A DNA stretch of 64,000 nucleotides from Alphaproteobacteria bacterium (lineage in GTDB: Bacteria; Pseudomonadota; Alphaproteobacteria; RF32; CAG-239), in contig JAZNKG010000011.1 in assembly GCA_045578445.1 (NCBI GenBank), positions 46,633-110,632 on the forward strand. The letters run 5' to 3'. The notes beneath the pieces are model-generated. The model saw only the letters and a program-made list of their open reading frames with translations, did no database searches and was not told where the DNA came from. Each line of letters opens with the position of its first letter. The stretch's first letter is position 1. The translations under genes and the position numbers were made by a program. Of this stretch, positions 32,811 to 43,581 are shown in pieces.

Positions 32811-32916
32811 ACTTTAGAATCTAAAATATATGAAGATGATAAATGTTTTTAAGTAATGCCTATTTAATGGCTTGCGTGTGTTATTTGTCTTTCCATTAGT
32901 GATTTGTTATATCTTT

Positions 32917-34599
32917 TCAAAATAATGTGGGTTCGTTGTCTTTATTTAGCAAAACTTTTGCGGCAGCCCTTGCTTCGTTTGTTATTTTTTCACCCGCTAA
33001 CATACGAGCTATTTCTTCAAGTTTTCCGCTATTTGTTAATTTTATTAGACTTGTCGTTGTTACGTTATCAATAGTATTCTTTTCTACCTTAAAATGCTCA
33101 TTACTAAAAGATGCGACTTGAGGAGAGTGTGTAACAACAAGAACTTGTACATTTTTTGCTAATTTTGATAGACGTTCTCCAACAGCTTCAGCTGTTGCTC
33201 CTCCAATACCAGCATCTATTTCATCAAAAATAAGCGTTTCTTGACTACTTTGTTGTGCAAGATTTACTTTTAATGCTAGCATAAAACGCGACAACTCTCC
33301 GCCTGATGCAATTTTATTCAATGGTCCAAGTGGAGTGTTAGGGTTTGTTGAAACTTCAAAGCAGACATCATCCCATCCATTAGCAGACCATTGAGAATCT
33401 TCTTTTTGAGAAATGCTAGTTTGAAATTTTGCCTTTTCCATTTTCAATGGAGGTAACTCTTTCATAATATTTTTATTTAATTCTTCTGCTGATTTTTTTC
33501 TTTTATTACTTAGCAATGTAGCTTTTTCGATATACTCATTCTTAAACTCTGCAACTTTTGTTTTTAATTCTTGCAGGCAATCTTCTCCATTCTGTATATT
33601 TTGCAATAAAGATTTTAGCTCTTCTAATTTTTCTGGCAAAGAATCGATATCTGTTTGATGTTTTTTTGCTAAATCTCTAAGAGTAAAAAGTCTTGTTTCT
33701 ATATTATCTATTTCGTTTTGATTATATGTAATATCCGATGAGCTTGCTTCAATTTGTTCAATAGCATCGTTTATGCTATACATTGCATTTTCTAGATTTT
33801 GTTCAATGTCTTTATACTTATTATTTACAAGGTCATTAGCTTTTGAAATAGAATTAACTGCTCTTGATATAATATCTATGACTGAACCACCGCTATTTAA
33901 TTGAGAGTATGCAGAATTTAGTTTTTCTATTATTTTTTCTGAATTCATTAATTCGCTACGTCGTATTTTTAAAGTTTCTTCTTCTCCTTTTGATGGAGAT
34001 ACTTTTTCTAGCTCATTAACCCAGTGTTTTATATTTTCTTCATCTTCTTTTGCTTTTTTTATTTCTTGTTCTTTTTGTTCTAGTTGTTTTTTTGTTTCTT
34101 TGTAGGTCTCATAACTTATTTTTGTATTATTTTTTTCTATATTACACTTTGCATAGTCATCTAAAATATCACAATGCGTATTGCTGTTTAACAAACCATG
34201 ATTATCGTGTTGTCCGTGTATTTCTATTAGGTTTTGACTAATTTCTTTTAGCAGTTTTAAGGTAATTATCTGGTCATTAAATAAAATTTTATTCTTGCCA
34301 TCTTTTGATATTATTCTTTTGATTATAATATCATCATCTATATCTAATTCATACTCTTTTGCAATATCATATATTTTATTGTTTTTTGAAATGCTAAAAA
34401 CACCTGTTACACTTAATTTATCTGTACCAGTACGAATTAATGATGTTTCTGATTTATTACCCATTAACAAGCCTAGCGAATCGAGAAGAATAGACTTACC
34501 AGCACCTGTTTCACCGCTCAATACTATCAATCCTTTAGAAAAGTCTATATCAAGACTATCTATTAATACTACATTTCTGATTGATAGTGTTTTTAACAT
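32917..34599 (-). CDS. recN: DNA repair protein RecN
   Basis: An N-terminal Walker A (GETGAGKSILLDSLGLL), a long coiled coil and a C-terminal signature/Walker B (SGGELSRFMLALKV…LIFDEIDAGIGG) are present. Confidence 0.9.
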   Translation of the reverse strand: MLKTLSIRNVVLIDSLDIDFSKGLIVLSGETGAGKSILLDSLGLLMGNKSETSLIRTGTDKLSVTGVFSISKNNKIYDIAKEYELDIDDDIIIKRIISKDGKNKILFNDQIITLKLLKEISQNLIEIHGQHDNHGLLNSNTHCDILDDYAKCNIEKNNTKISYETYKETKKQLEQKEQEIKKAKEDEENIKHWVNELEKVSPSKGEEETLKIRRSELMNSEKIIEKLNSAYSQLNSGGSVIDIISRAVNSISKANDLVNNKYKDIEQNLENAMYSINDAIEQIEASSSDITYNQNEIDNIETRLFTLRDLAKKHQTDIDSLPEKLEELKSLLQNIQNGEDCLQELKTKVAEFKNEYIEKATLLSNKRKKSAEELNKNIMKELPPLKMEKAKFQTSISQKEDSQWSANGWDDVCFEVSTNPNTPLGPLNKIASGGELSRFMLALKVNLAQQSSQETLIFDEIDAGIGGATAEAVGERLSKLAKNVQVLVVTHSPQVASFSNEHFKVEKNTIDNVTTTSLIKLTNSGKLEEIARMLAGEKITNEARAAAKVLLNKDNEPTLF

Positions 34600-34608
34600 T
34601 GGTTGTTT

Positions 34609-35358
34609 TTATCCTTTTAGTATTAGCTCAGATGCCATTCTTGTCCACTTACCATTAGGATAATTGCTACGCAAAATCTCTTCTTTCTTTTTTGCTTCGG
34701 CATTTAGCCCTAATATAGTATAAATTTCAACTTCTCTATATAAAGCTTCTTCTATTTGTGAAGTTGTTTGATATAATTCTGTTACAGTAGAAAATCTGTT
34801 TAATGCTGAAACATATTCTTTATTAAACAAATAGTAGCGACCAACATTCATTTCATGACCAGCAAGATGATCTTCTATTAATGCCATTTTTGCTTTGGCA
34901 TCTGATGCATATTCACTATCAGGGAACATTGTTATTACTTGAGAAAATGTATCATATGCATCTTTTGTTGCTGATTGTTCTTTTTGCGATGGTGCGATTT
35001 GATCATAAAAACACACTCCTCTTAAATAATAAGCATATGCTATATCTTTATTTCCTGGGTGTAGACGAATAAATCTATCTAGAGCATTAATAGCATCATC
35101 ATATTTTTCATCTTTATAATAAGAATATGCGCTCATTAATTTTGCTTTGGTTGCCCATTTAGAATAAGGATGTTCCATTTCCACTTTATCAAAAGTTTCT
35201 GCTGCTTTTTGATATGATGTTCTTTCTAGATATTTATGTGCTTGATTGTATAACTCTTCTGCTGTAGCATTTTCTGGCAAAACAACTTCTTGTGATGTAG
35301 TACATGCAGATAATAACAAAAAACTTACAACAAATAAACCGTGTAGAACTTTTTTCAT
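34609..35358 (-). CDS. bamD: Outer membrane protein assembly factor BamD (TPR lipoprotein)
   Basis: A lipoprotein signal (LLLSACTT) and TPR repeats are present, and the gene sits in the conserved lpxC-bamD-recN order. Confidence 0.85.
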   Translation of the reverse strand: MKKVLHGLFVVSFLLLSACTTSQEVVLPENATAEELYNQAHKYLERTSYQKAAETFDKVEMEHPYSKWATKAKLMSAYSYYKDEKYDDAINALDRFIRLHPGNKDIAYAYYLRGVCFYDQIAPSQKEQSATKDAYDTFSQVITMFPDSEYASDAKAKMALIEDHLAGHEMNVGRYYLFNKEYVSALNRFSTVTELYQTTSQIEEALYREVEIYTILGLNAEAKKKEEILRSNYPNGKWTRMASELILKG

Positions 35359-35370
35359 ACCTTTTCTCCC

Positions 35371-36219
35371 TTATAACAATTCATAATTATCAGTTGATGC
35401 AAAAAGCTTTTTCAATAATTCGTTATTATGATAATGTCCGCTTTTATTGGCAACAACTTTTCCTAAGATATAATACCCTGAAGTATATAAATCTCCTATT
35501 GTATCTAAAACCTTATGATTTACACACTCATTTTCTACCCTAAAACCTTCAGGATTTAAGATTGTATCTCCGTCTAAAACAACAGCATTATCCAACGAAC
35601 CGCCTTTGATTAGCCCAATAGATTTTAAGTAATCCACTTGATATTTTTCGCAAAATGTACGGCATGGAGCAATTTGTTTTGCAAACAATTCTTCTGTTAT
35701 GTCTCCTTCAAAATTTTGCTTTCCTACGATTTTTGACGGAAAATCTATATTAAATTTTATAGAAAAAGAATCCGCTGGCAATAGCTGTACGCTAGCTCCT
35801 TTTCCATCTTCAAAAACAATTTCTTTTTTTACCTTCAAATATTTTCTTTTGGATTTTTGTTCTACTTTTGCAACCTTACTTAAAACATCATAAAAAACTT
35901 TTCCACTTCCATCTAAGATGGGAATTTCGGGATTATTTATAGAAATTATCGCATTATCTATTCCTAAAATATACAACACCGCCATCAAATGTTCTATTGT
36001 GCTGACTATATTTTTAGAATCTGTACCAATACATGTGCAATTTCTTGTATCAACAACACTAGAATACAATGCTCGAATCGGGTTGCTATTTTTTATATCA
36101 ATTCTATTAAAAACAATTCCTGTATCTTCTTTTGCTGGAGCTATTGTTAAGATAGAATCGACTCCAGAATGTAATCCTATTCCTTTTATTTCTACTGTTT
36201 GTGCTATTGTATATTGCAT
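35371..36219 (-). CDS. lpxC: UDP-3-O-acyl-N-acetylglucosamine deacetylase
   Basis: The protein MQYTIAQTVEIKGIGLHSGVDSILTIAPA… is conserved along its whole length with LpxC and includes the Zn-binding His/Asp positions. Confidence 0.9.
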   Translation of the reverse strand: MQYTIAQTVEIKGIGLHSGVDSILTIAPAKEDTGIVFNRIDIKNSNPIRALYSSVVDTRNCTCIGTDSKNIVSTIEHLMAVLYILGIDNAIISINNPEIPILDGSGKVFYDVLSKVAKVEQKSKRKYLKVKKEIVFEDGKGASVQLLPADSFSIKFNIDFPSKIVGKQNFEGDITEELFAKQIAPCRTFCEKYQVDYLKSIGLIKGGSLDNAVVLDGDTILNPEGFRVENECVNHKVLDTIGDLYTSGYYILGKVVANKSGHYHNNELLKKLFASTDNYELL

Positions 36220-36241
36220 AAGTTTCTCCTAAAAAAATAGT

Positions 36242-36625
36242 TAGGTGGCCTATAAGCCGAGTTCTGTACTTATCATTAGCTTTACAAAAGTAAAGATTCT
36301 AAGCGATAGCTATTCATCTAGGCTAAACATCACTGTTTAACTCGAGCGACCTACCTCTGGAGTGGAGTGGAAACGCTCCATATTACGAAAAATCGTACTC
36401 CTAACTTGGTCTTGCGTCAGATAGGGTTTACCTTGCCAACAATATTACTACTGTTGCGGTGAGCTCTTACCTCGCCTTTTCAACCTTACCAAATAAATTT
36501 GGCGGTATATTTCTGTGGCACTTTCCCTTAGATTTCTCTAGCCAGACGTTATCTGGTACCTTGTTTCCACGACGCTCGGACTTTCCTCACATAAAAAATT
36601 TATGCGCAGCTATCCAGCCACCTTG
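36242..36625 (-). ncRNA. rnpB: RNase P RNA (bacterial type A)
   Basis: The minus-strand RNA contains GGAAAGUCCGAGC (the P4 region), GGUACCAGAUAACGUCUGG, GGUAAGAGCUCACC and CCUAGAUGAAU…ACAGAACUCGGCUUAUAGGCCACC. The P1 stem pairs 5' GGUGGCU with 3' AGGCCACC. The ends are approximate, within +/-5 nt. Confidence 0.8.
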
Positions 36626-36789
36626 CAATATGATTTATCACATTATATTAAAAAATCAATGTTTTTAAGGGGTTTTAAGTTGCTTTATGAAAAAAATTTA
36701 CTTTTTATTAATTTTTTACTTGTTTTGTTTAAATTTTGTGTTATTTTGTCAACAACTCGATTCGGAAACTTAGAACTACGGAGTTTTTT

Positions 36790-37407
36790 ATGACAAAAAA
36801 AATATTAAATATTTTAACTTTTGTTACATTATTTTTTGTAACAACTGAAAATGTATATGCTGAATGTGATGGTTTTTATTTAGCTGGTCGTATTGGTATT
36901 GCAGAATATAAATTAGAAGAAGCTAGAAGCGGTATAAGTAGCCCCTCAGATTATGTTGTTGATAAAGAAAGACTTTTAGCAAGTGGCGCTCTCGGATATA
37001 GATACAAACATGTTAGAGCAGAGCTAGAATATATTTGGAGAGATAAAAACTCAGATAATATCGGTCCTATTACAGAAGGAACTTTCAAAACATATTCATA
37101 CATGTTTGCTTTGTATTATGACTTCTTCCCTTATTCATGGTTTACACCTTATATTAATGGTGGAATCGGTTATACTAGAAGCAAATTATCTTTGTACAAT
37201 AAAACAGTTGGTATAAACCACGAACTAAAAGACAATAGCTTTATGTGGTCTTTAGGTGCAGGTATTTCTGTTAAAGTTACAAATCGCTTAAATGTTGATT
37301 TAGGATATCGTTACTTTGACATGGGTAACAGCGACCTAGACACTTTCAACGGCAAAACAACTCTTGAAAACCAAGAAGTTTATCTAGGTTTGAGATACGT
37401 TTTGTAA
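36790..37407 (+). CDS. Small outer-membrane beta-barrel protein (OmpW/Omp25-like)
   Basis: A signal peptide, alternating amphipathic beta strands and a C-terminal aromatic residue (…LGLRYVL) are present. The start is the ATG at 36790 with a GGAG RBS. Confidence 0.65.
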   Translation: MTKKILNILTFVTLFFVTTENVYAECDGFYLAGRIGIAEYKLEEARSGISSPSDYVVDKERLLASGALGYRYKHVRAELEYIWRDKNSDNIGPITEGTFKTYSYMFALYYDFFPYSWFTPYINGGIGYTRSKLSLYNKTVGINHELKDNSFMWSLGAGISVKVTNRLNVDLGYRYFDMGNSDLDTFNGKTTLENQEVYLGLRYVL

Positions 37408-37485
37408 AAATATAAATAAGCTTGCAATATCTGTTTTATAGATTTAACTTATGTCTGATTAAAACTGATTTTGGAGCTAATAATA

Positions 37486-38883
37486 ATGACTAATAAATTA
37501 TTTGGAACAGATGGCGTAAGAGGAATTGCAAATATTTATCCAATGAACGCAGATTTTGCTTTTAGTTTGGCAAAAGTTTTAAGCAACCTAGTTTGTACTG
37601 AAAAGAAAACCGTTGCTATTGGTAAAGATACTCGCATTTCTGGAGATATGCTAGAGTCAGCTCTAACTGCTGGTTTTACATCAAACGGAGTTTCTGTTAT
37701 ATCTTTAGGAATTGTTCCAACTCCTCTTTTAACGCTTGAAACACAAAATTTAGATGTGGATATGTCTTTGATGATAACAGCATCACATAATCCATATCAA
37801 GATAATGGCATAAAACTTATTGATAAAAACGGCGATAAATTTCCTGATGAGTTTTATGCAAAAGTTGAAGGGTTTTTGGAACAAGAACAAAGCAATAACT
37901 ATAACTCAACCAATAATAACAATAATCCAATAAACAAACAACAAGTCAAAAACCCTTCCCCCCTTGGTAGAATCTTAAAAAATGATTCTATTATTGAAGA
38001 TTACATTGAAAAAATGAGAAATATTGCGCCCAATTATAAGGCACTTCAAGGTCTAAAGGTTGTTTTAGATTGTGCCAATGGTGCATATCACTATATTTTA
38101 CCACAAACTTTTAAAGACTTAGGAGCAGGTGTTATTACCATAAATAATACACCAAATGGTATTAACATTAATGAAAATTGTGGTACACAACATACAGAAA
38201 CTTTAGCTCAAACAGTTGTAGACTCTAAAGCTCACTTCGGCATTGCTGTTGATGGTGATGGTGATAGAATAATTCTTGTAGATGATAAAGGACTAGAAAT
38301 TGATGGCGATCAGCTAATTTGCTTTTTAGCACAATACCTAAAAAAACATAATCAACTAAAGAACAATACCGTTATTACTACAGAATGGTCAAATCTTGGT
38401 CTTGGTAATTATTTAAAAAACAATGATTTTATTTATGATAAAAGCAAGGTTGGAGAAAGATATGTTATTGATTTAATGAAGGAAAGTGTTTCTGTTTTAG
38501 GAGGCGAAGTTGTTGGACATATTGTACTATCTGACTATGCAAAAACAGGAGATGCTCTAGCTACTGCTATTGTCTTAGCCCTTGCTTATCTTGAAGATGG
38601 TAGAAAAATGAATGAAATATTCCCAATTTTTGAGCCATATCCTTGCATTATTAAAAATATTAGATTTTCAACAAAAGAATATATGCAACAAAGCGTGGAA
38701 TATGATGATGTTAAACAAGCTTTAAAATCTGCAAAAGAAGAGCTTGGTCAAGATAGCACCCTTATCGCAAGAAAATCAGGAACAGAGCCCGTTATAAAAC
38801 TTCGAATCGAAGCAAAGAATGCTGAATTAGTGAAAAAATGGGCGAACACTTTAAGCGATTTAATATCTAAATATCAGAAATAA
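37486..38883 (+). CDS. glmM: Phosphoglucosamine mutase
   Basis: The protein FGTDGVRG…, the active-site phosphoserine loop TASHNP and the GEVVGH motif are present. The protein carries an N-rich low-complexity insertion (NNYNSTNNNNNPINKQQ). Confidence 0.9.
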   Translation: MTNKLFGTDGVRGIANIYPMNADFAFSLAKVLSNLVCTEKKTVAIGKDTRISGDMLESALTAGFTSNGVSVISLGIVPTPLLTLETQNLDVDMSLMITASHNPYQDNGIKLIDKNGDKFPDEFYAKVEGFLEQEQSNNYNSTNNNNNPINKQQVKNPSPLGRILKNDSIIEDYIEKMRNIAPNYKALQGLKVVLDCANGAYHYILPQTFKDLGAGVITINNTPNGININENCGTQHTETLAQTVVDSKAHFGIAVDGDGDRIILVDDKGLEIDGDQLICFLAQYLKKHNQLKNNTVITTEWSNLGLGNYLKNNDFIYDKSKVGERYVIDLMKESVSVLGGEVVGHIVLSDYAKTGDALATAIVLALAYLEDGRKMNEIFPIFEPYPCIIKNIRFSTKEYMQQSVEYDDVKQALKSAKEELGQDSTLIARKSGTEPVIKLRIEAKNAELVKKWANTLSDLISKYQK

Positions 38884-38885
38884 AT

Positions 38886-40670
38886 TTAATTCGCTATATT
38901 TTCTAGTTGTTGTAGTGTTTTATATATCTTTTCATCCTTTAGGGTTATTGCTTTTGTGTGCTTTAAGCCATTTTCTATTTTATTTTTCACACTTTTGGTA
39001 TTTAACTCTTCAGCATAATCTTCTTGATGCAAAGCTCTTTGCCATAAAAATCTTGCTTCATTTTTACGCCCACCAAACCAATATGCATCACCCAAGTGGT
39101 CACTAATTATTGCATTTTGAGGATTTAACTCAGAGGCTTTTTCTAAGAAGACAATGGCATTTTTATAGTCTCCAGTTTTAAAATAAACCCATCCTAAGCT
39201 ATCCATTATTACGCTATCGTTTGGTTCTTTTTCATAGGCTTCTAAAATCATTAAAGCTGCGTTATCTATATTTATACCATATTTTAGCCAACTATATCCC
39301 AAATAATTAAGAACTTGTGGATGCCTATCACTCAGCTCAAGCGCTTTTCTGAGGCTCTTTTCAGCTTCAATCCATTGATTACTTTTATCGTAAGATATCG
39401 CTAACGAATAATATATTGGCCAATGCTTCTCTGTTTCATAAAAAATGGTATCAATAGCCTCTTTGTAGTATTTTATTGCTTCTTGATGATTGTTGTTGAT
39501 TCTTAAAGCATCTCCTAAATTAAATAATAGCTGAAAATTATTAGCATTGTTTTTATTTAATTTTTTTAGAACATTTATCGCTTGTTCGTATTTTTTTTCT
39601 TCTATCAAGTTACTAGCTTTTCGCATTTGTGCAGGATAATATAATTCAGATTTTTTACTAATAGAATCGTAATATCTATTAGCATCTTTTAACATAAATT
39701 TTTCTTCATAAATATCTGCCATAGCAACTTTAGCTATATCATTTTCAGGATTAAAATATTCTGATATAGCCATATTCAGGTGCGCATAATCGCTCCCTCC
39801 AGAAATAGATTTATATAGTAATGCTATTTCTAAAAATACTTCTGCTACACCTTCATTTGCAGTCTTTATAACAGGTTTTGCAGATTTTGTTCCTTCTTTT
39901 ATTTTATCACTTAAAGAACCTAGCATTTCTTTTATATTACTACTGCCATAATACCTTGAAACTAATTGAGTTGCTTTTGTTTTTTTATCTATACGTACAA
40001 AGAAATTAGAAATTATTTGTAAAACCCTAAAAGAAACATCATTAGCATCGTTTGAAATTACTTTATCATAAAATTTTTCAGCCTCTTCTGTTTTATCAAA
40101 GTATTCACTTATAATCCCTGAGTGTATATTATATACTGTATGTGTATCTGAAGATGTTTCCAGTTTTTTAAGAGCATTCATAGCTTGAAAGTAATTACCC
40201 TCTCCAACATAAGTCCAAGCATTAAAAAGTGGATTTACAAATGTTGTATATGGTCTTTCGTTTACTTTGTTAATACTTTCTCTTGCGAATCGATAATTAC
40301 CCTTTTTAAATGAGCTAATTGCATTTATAACATCTATAAAAATGTCATCATTTCCCATTTGACGAGCTTTATTTGCATATTTCACTGCTTCATCAATGCG
40401 TCCTGTTGCAGCCAATATCATATATGTTTTATTAAGCATTTCCTCATTTTCAAATCCTTTATCCAAAGCCTTTACATGATATATTGCTGCATTATCATAA
40501 TCTTGACGGATTAATGCCAACCTTCCAGCTAAGTAATTGCCATATACTGTATCATGTTTTTGCACATTTACATATTGAATCATATTTTGAGGATTTACCA
40601 TGTTTGCTGTACAAGAATTAAATATTCCTATACCGCCCAACAGTGTTATTATATAGCTCGTTTTAAACAT
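38886..40670 (-). CDS. TPR-repeat lipoprotein/periplasmic protein (594 aa)
   Basis: A signal peptide with a Cys (IFNSCTAN) is followed by at least 10 TPR-like repeats. The function is not inferable. Confidence 0.7.
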   Translation of the reverse strand: MFKTSYIITLLGGIGIFNSCTANMVNPQNMIQYVNVQKHDTVYGNYLAGRLALIRQDYDNAAIYHVKALDKGFENEEMLNKTYMILAATGRIDEAVKYANKARQMGNDDIFIDVINAISSFKKGNYRFARESINKVNERPYTTFVNPLFNAWTYVGEGNYFQAMNALKKLETSSDTHTVYNIHSGIISEYFDKTEEAEKFYDKVISNDANDVSFRVLQIISNFFVRIDKKTKATQLVSRYYGSSNIKEMLGSLSDKIKEGTKSAKPVIKTANEGVAEVFLEIALLYKSISGGSDYAHLNMAISEYFNPENDIAKVAMADIYEEKFMLKDANRYYDSISKKSELYYPAQMRKASNLIEEKKYEQAINVLKKLNKNNANNFQLLFNLGDALRINNNHQEAIKYYKEAIDTIFYETEKHWPIYYSLAISYDKSNQWIEAEKSLRKALELSDRHPQVLNYLGYSWLKYGINIDNAALMILEAYEKEPNDSVIMDSLGWVYFKTGDYKNAIVFLEKASELNPQNAIISDHLGDAYWFGGRKNEARFLWQRALHQEDYAEELNTKSVKNKIENGLKHTKAITLKDEKIYKTLQQLENIAN

Positions 40671-40790
40671 TTAACCTATTTTTCCTAAAATTTTTAACAT
40701 ATTATCATTTTTTGCTTAACTTTAAACTAAATTTATTATATTTGAGTAAATAATTACTTTATTTCGTAATAAAAAGTGTAATATGTCAAA

Positions 40791-41573
40791 ATGAATAGTA
40801 TGAATAAACAAATTAATATACAAGAATTACTAGACTGGTACATTATGGCAGGTGTAACAGAAACTTGTTCTGATTCGTTTTGCCTTTCAGAAAATACCAA
40901 CACAAATATTACACCTATTGCTTCTAATCACCAAAATACAGTTACAGAAAAAAGTATACAACCAAAACAATCTACAGCTTCTAAAAACGCAAAAGATATT
41001 TGCGCAAAGGCCTCCACCTTATCTGAATTAAAAGAAATAATGAATAATTTTAGTGGATGCAATTTAAAGAATACTGCAGCCTCCACGGTTTTTGGTGCAG
41101 GTTTAGATTGTGCAGAAATTATGTTTATAGGAGAAGCTCCAGGAGCTGACGAAGATAGATTAGGATTGCCTTTTGTTGGTAGATGTGGAAAATTATTAGA
41201 TAAAATGTTTGAGGCTATAAGTATAAAAAGAGAAGATTGCTTCATAACAAATGTGTTACCTTGGCGACCTCCTGGAAACAGAGCTCCTACTGATGAAGAA
41301 ATTGCTGTTTGTCTGCCGTTTTTAATGCGACAAATTGAGTTAATTAAACCTAAATATATAGTTCTTTTAGGCGGAATTGCTCTTAAAACAGTTATGGAAT
41401 CTGATGACACTATTTCAAGAGCTAGAGGAAAATGGATGGAATTCTCTATTTTAGATGAGTGTAAAGCTAATGTCATTGCAACATATCATCCTTCATATTT
41501 ATTAAGAAGCACATCTCAAAAATCTAAGGTTTGGATAGATTTATTGCGACTTAAAAAGAAATTGCACGAATAA
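40791..41573 (+). CDS. Uracil-DNA glycosylase, family 4 (Fe-S type)
   Basis: The motifs GEAPGADEDRLGLPFVGRCGKLLDKM and HPSYLLR are present. The N-terminal ~110-aa extension is common in alphaproteobacterial homologs. Confidence 0.85.
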   Translation: MNSMNKQINIQELLDWYIMAGVTETCSDSFCLSENTNTNITPIASNHQNTVTEKSIQPKQSTASKNAKDICAKASTLSELKEIMNNFSGCNLKNTAASTVFGAGLDCAEIMFIGEAPGADEDRLGLPFVGRCGKLLDKMFEAISIKREDCFITNVLPWRPPGNRAPTDEEIAVCLPFLMRQIELIKPKYIVLLGGIALKTVMESDDTISRARGKWMEFSILDECKANVIATYHPSYLLRSTSQKSKVWIDLLRLKKKLHE

Positions 41574-41666
41574 TTTATTTTTTTAAATTTATTTTCATCT
41601 AATTAATAAAAATTAAACACTCTTTTTGTATTATCAGCATAAAGATAAAAACTTGAGAGGTTTGAT

Positions 41667-42398
41667 ATGAGAAAATATAATAAATTTTTTACAACATTAA
41701 TGTCTGGCTTTTTGTTTGTTACACAAGCTTTTGCTTTAACACCAAATAAAAATGTCACAGAGATTGAACCAACTACTCGCGATAACGCTGTTATCTTTAA
41801 GATTCATGATATAAAACCTGTTGATAACGAGGGTGTTGTTACTGGATGTGATTTCTTGTTAACTTTATACAACAGAACATCTGTTAACTTCAGATCTTTT
41901 ACTATAAATCTTGATTGGTTTGATGCAGTTGAATCTGAATTTAAGTTTGATAAATATGTTGAAAATGTTATTGGTGTTGAAGAATTAAAAAAACAACAAG
42001 CGTTTTTGGGTGATAAATTTGAAACAAAACCTCTTCAAACAGCAATTACTGTAAATGCATTTGGTGCTGATACTCAAATCTCTGTTAAATCTCATATCGA
42101 TAGTGAAAAATGCTATTTATTATTAAAAGAAGCTAACTTTACTGTTACTCCTTGTGATATTGTTCGTAGCGCAGACAATATGGGGGGCGCTTCTTCTCAA
42201 GATTGCACACCTTTATTCCAATTGGTTGATACAAGTAATCCTGAATACTTTGGTCAATTCAAAAATATTTCAGCAACAGAATTAGCAATGAGAAGCAAAG
42301 ATTCTGAAAATAGAGAACTTTCAGATATTGACCTTGTTATTAATAAAATTGTTGAAAACATGGGTGCTTCAGGTAAAACATTGGAAGAAATTAACTAA
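41667..42398 (+). CDS. Secreted hypothetical protein (243 aa), paralog 1
   Basis: A signal peptide is present (LMSGFLFVTQAFA). It shares a C.F…L…F.I.L.(W/Y).D block with the next gene. Confidence 0.5.
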   Translation: MRKYNKFFTTLMSGFLFVTQAFALTPNKNVTEIEPTTRDNAVIFKIHDIKPVDNEGVVTGCDFLLTLYNRTSVNFRSFTINLDWFDAVESEFKFDKYVENVIGVEELKKQQAFLGDKFETKPLQTAITVNAFGADTQISVKSHIDSEKCYLLLKEANFTVTPCDIVRSADNMGGASSQDCTPLFQLVDTSNPEYFGQFKNISATELAMRSKDSENRELSDIDLVINKIVENMGASGKTLEEIN

Positions 42399-42412
42399 GT
42401 TATAGGTGCTTT

Positions 42413-43057
42413 ATGAAGTTTTGTAAGTTATTTATTTTAGTGTTGTTTCTAGGAATTTCTTTTCCTTCCTTTGCTCAAATACTGGATGATGACTTTCGTG
42501 GAGCACCTAAAATAAGCCAAGTTCCAGATAATGTTGATGTAAATGAGGAATTCTTTAATGAGCTTTTTGAAGAACATCCTATTGATGAAAGAGATGCATC
42601 AAAACCTATTACCTTTAGTGATGCTATTGGCAAAGCTGCAGAAATCGTTAAAACATATTCAAGCCATGTTTCTCTACAAAAAGACGTTCCAGAAAAAGTA
42701 AACATACAATACATGCCTTTAGATAATGATGTTTATTTAAGCATTGTTGATGGTAGCTTTAAAATATATAAAGATATTGTAGGGAGAATGAAATGCAGAT
42801 TTTCTGTAAAATTAAAATCTGAAGTGGATAGAGAAATAAAAATCATCGCATTATCTCTTGTGTATCCAGATTTATCTTTTGCATTTATATTCAGAGATAT
42901 TCCTCCGATGGGTGAATTGGTTCAGAATATGATAACATCTGGAAAAATTTGTTATAATCTTAACGGAGCTCCCGATATCCATGTAAACAAATGTGAGATG
43001 AAAAACACAATGAGTACAGAGTGCGTCTCTCATATAAAATGGGATAATAGAAATTAA
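42413..43057 (+). CDS. Secreted hypothetical protein (214 aa), paralog 2
   Basis: A signal peptide is present (LFILVLFLGISFPSFA). There is a weak but collinear similarity to the preceding protein. Confidence 0.5.
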   Translation: MKFCKLFILVLFLGISFPSFAQILDDDFRGAPKISQVPDNVDVNEEFFNELFEEHPIDERDASKPITFSDAIGKAAEIVKTYSSHVSLQKDVPEKVNIQYMPLDNDVYLSIVDGSFKIYKDIVGRMKCRFSVKLKSEVDREIKIIALSLVYPDLSFAFIFRDIPPMGELVQNMITSGKICYNLNGAPDIHVNKCEMKNTMSTECVSHIKWDNRN

Positions 43058-43059
43058 GA

Positions 43060-43086
43060 CCTTTAAATAAGGTCTTTTTTTATATT
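43060..43086 (+). terminator. Rho-independent terminator after the secreted-protein pair
   Basis: An AGACCTT-taaat-AAGGTCT hairpin is followed by TTTTTTT. Confidence 0.6.
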
Positions 43087-43111
43087 TAAAACTTGATTTT
43101 CTTCCTAAATT

Positions 43112-43465
43112 ATGGTAGTATATAAGTGTAAATTTATACATATGAAGGAGGTTATATTTAGGTTTGCGTGGGCTTGTATCCTGGCTTTCTTGATAACAAG
43201 ACTGTGCATGTGGGTTGACACCAAGTGGTTAATTCACGAAAAATGGTTCTTTCCTGATATGTTGTGGTGGCTTGAAGCTCACAATATAGTGTTACGAAAG
43301 GTGTTCTTTTGGCTACTTGTAGTCATATTAACCCTTGGTGATGTGGGAAAGAGGATTGGCAATATTCTACTTATATTGATAGGTGTTGCCGGCGCGTTAT
43401 TACTGTTGGTACTCGTAATAGAGTTTTGTTCATGGCTTTTCCCATGGATCAACAGTTTAATATAG
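43112..43465 (+). CDS. Small hydrophobic membrane protein (117 aa)
   Basis: Three predicted TM segments are present, and the gene has its own terminator downstream. Start ambiguous: 43112 or the ATG at 43142 (MKEV…). Confidence 0.4.
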   Translation: MVVYKCKFIHMKEVIFRFAWACILAFLITRLCMWVDTKWLIHEKWFFPDMLWWLEAHNIVLRKVFFWLLVVILTLGDVGKRIGNILLILIGVAGALLLLVLVIEFCSWLFPWINSLI

Positions 43466-43502
43466 AGAGAAATGTTCTACCCAGAACATTTCTTTTTTTT
43501 GT
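43466..43502 (+). terminator. Rho-independent terminator upstream of tolQ
   Basis: An AGAAATGTTCT-accc-AGAACATTTCT hairpin is followed by TTTTTTTT. Confidence 0.65.
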
Positions 43503-43581
43503 TTGAATTAGTTGTTTTTTCATAATTATGTGTTATGAAGTATGCTAAAGAAATTTTATTTTATCAAAAAAAGAGGAAAAA

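Noticed and set aside
36459-36793. ORFs of 69 and 63 aa overlap the rnpB region.
   Set aside because: The interval is explained by RNase P RNA, which matches the conserved P4 region and other blocks on the minus strand. The ORFs lack an RBS and give implausible proteins.
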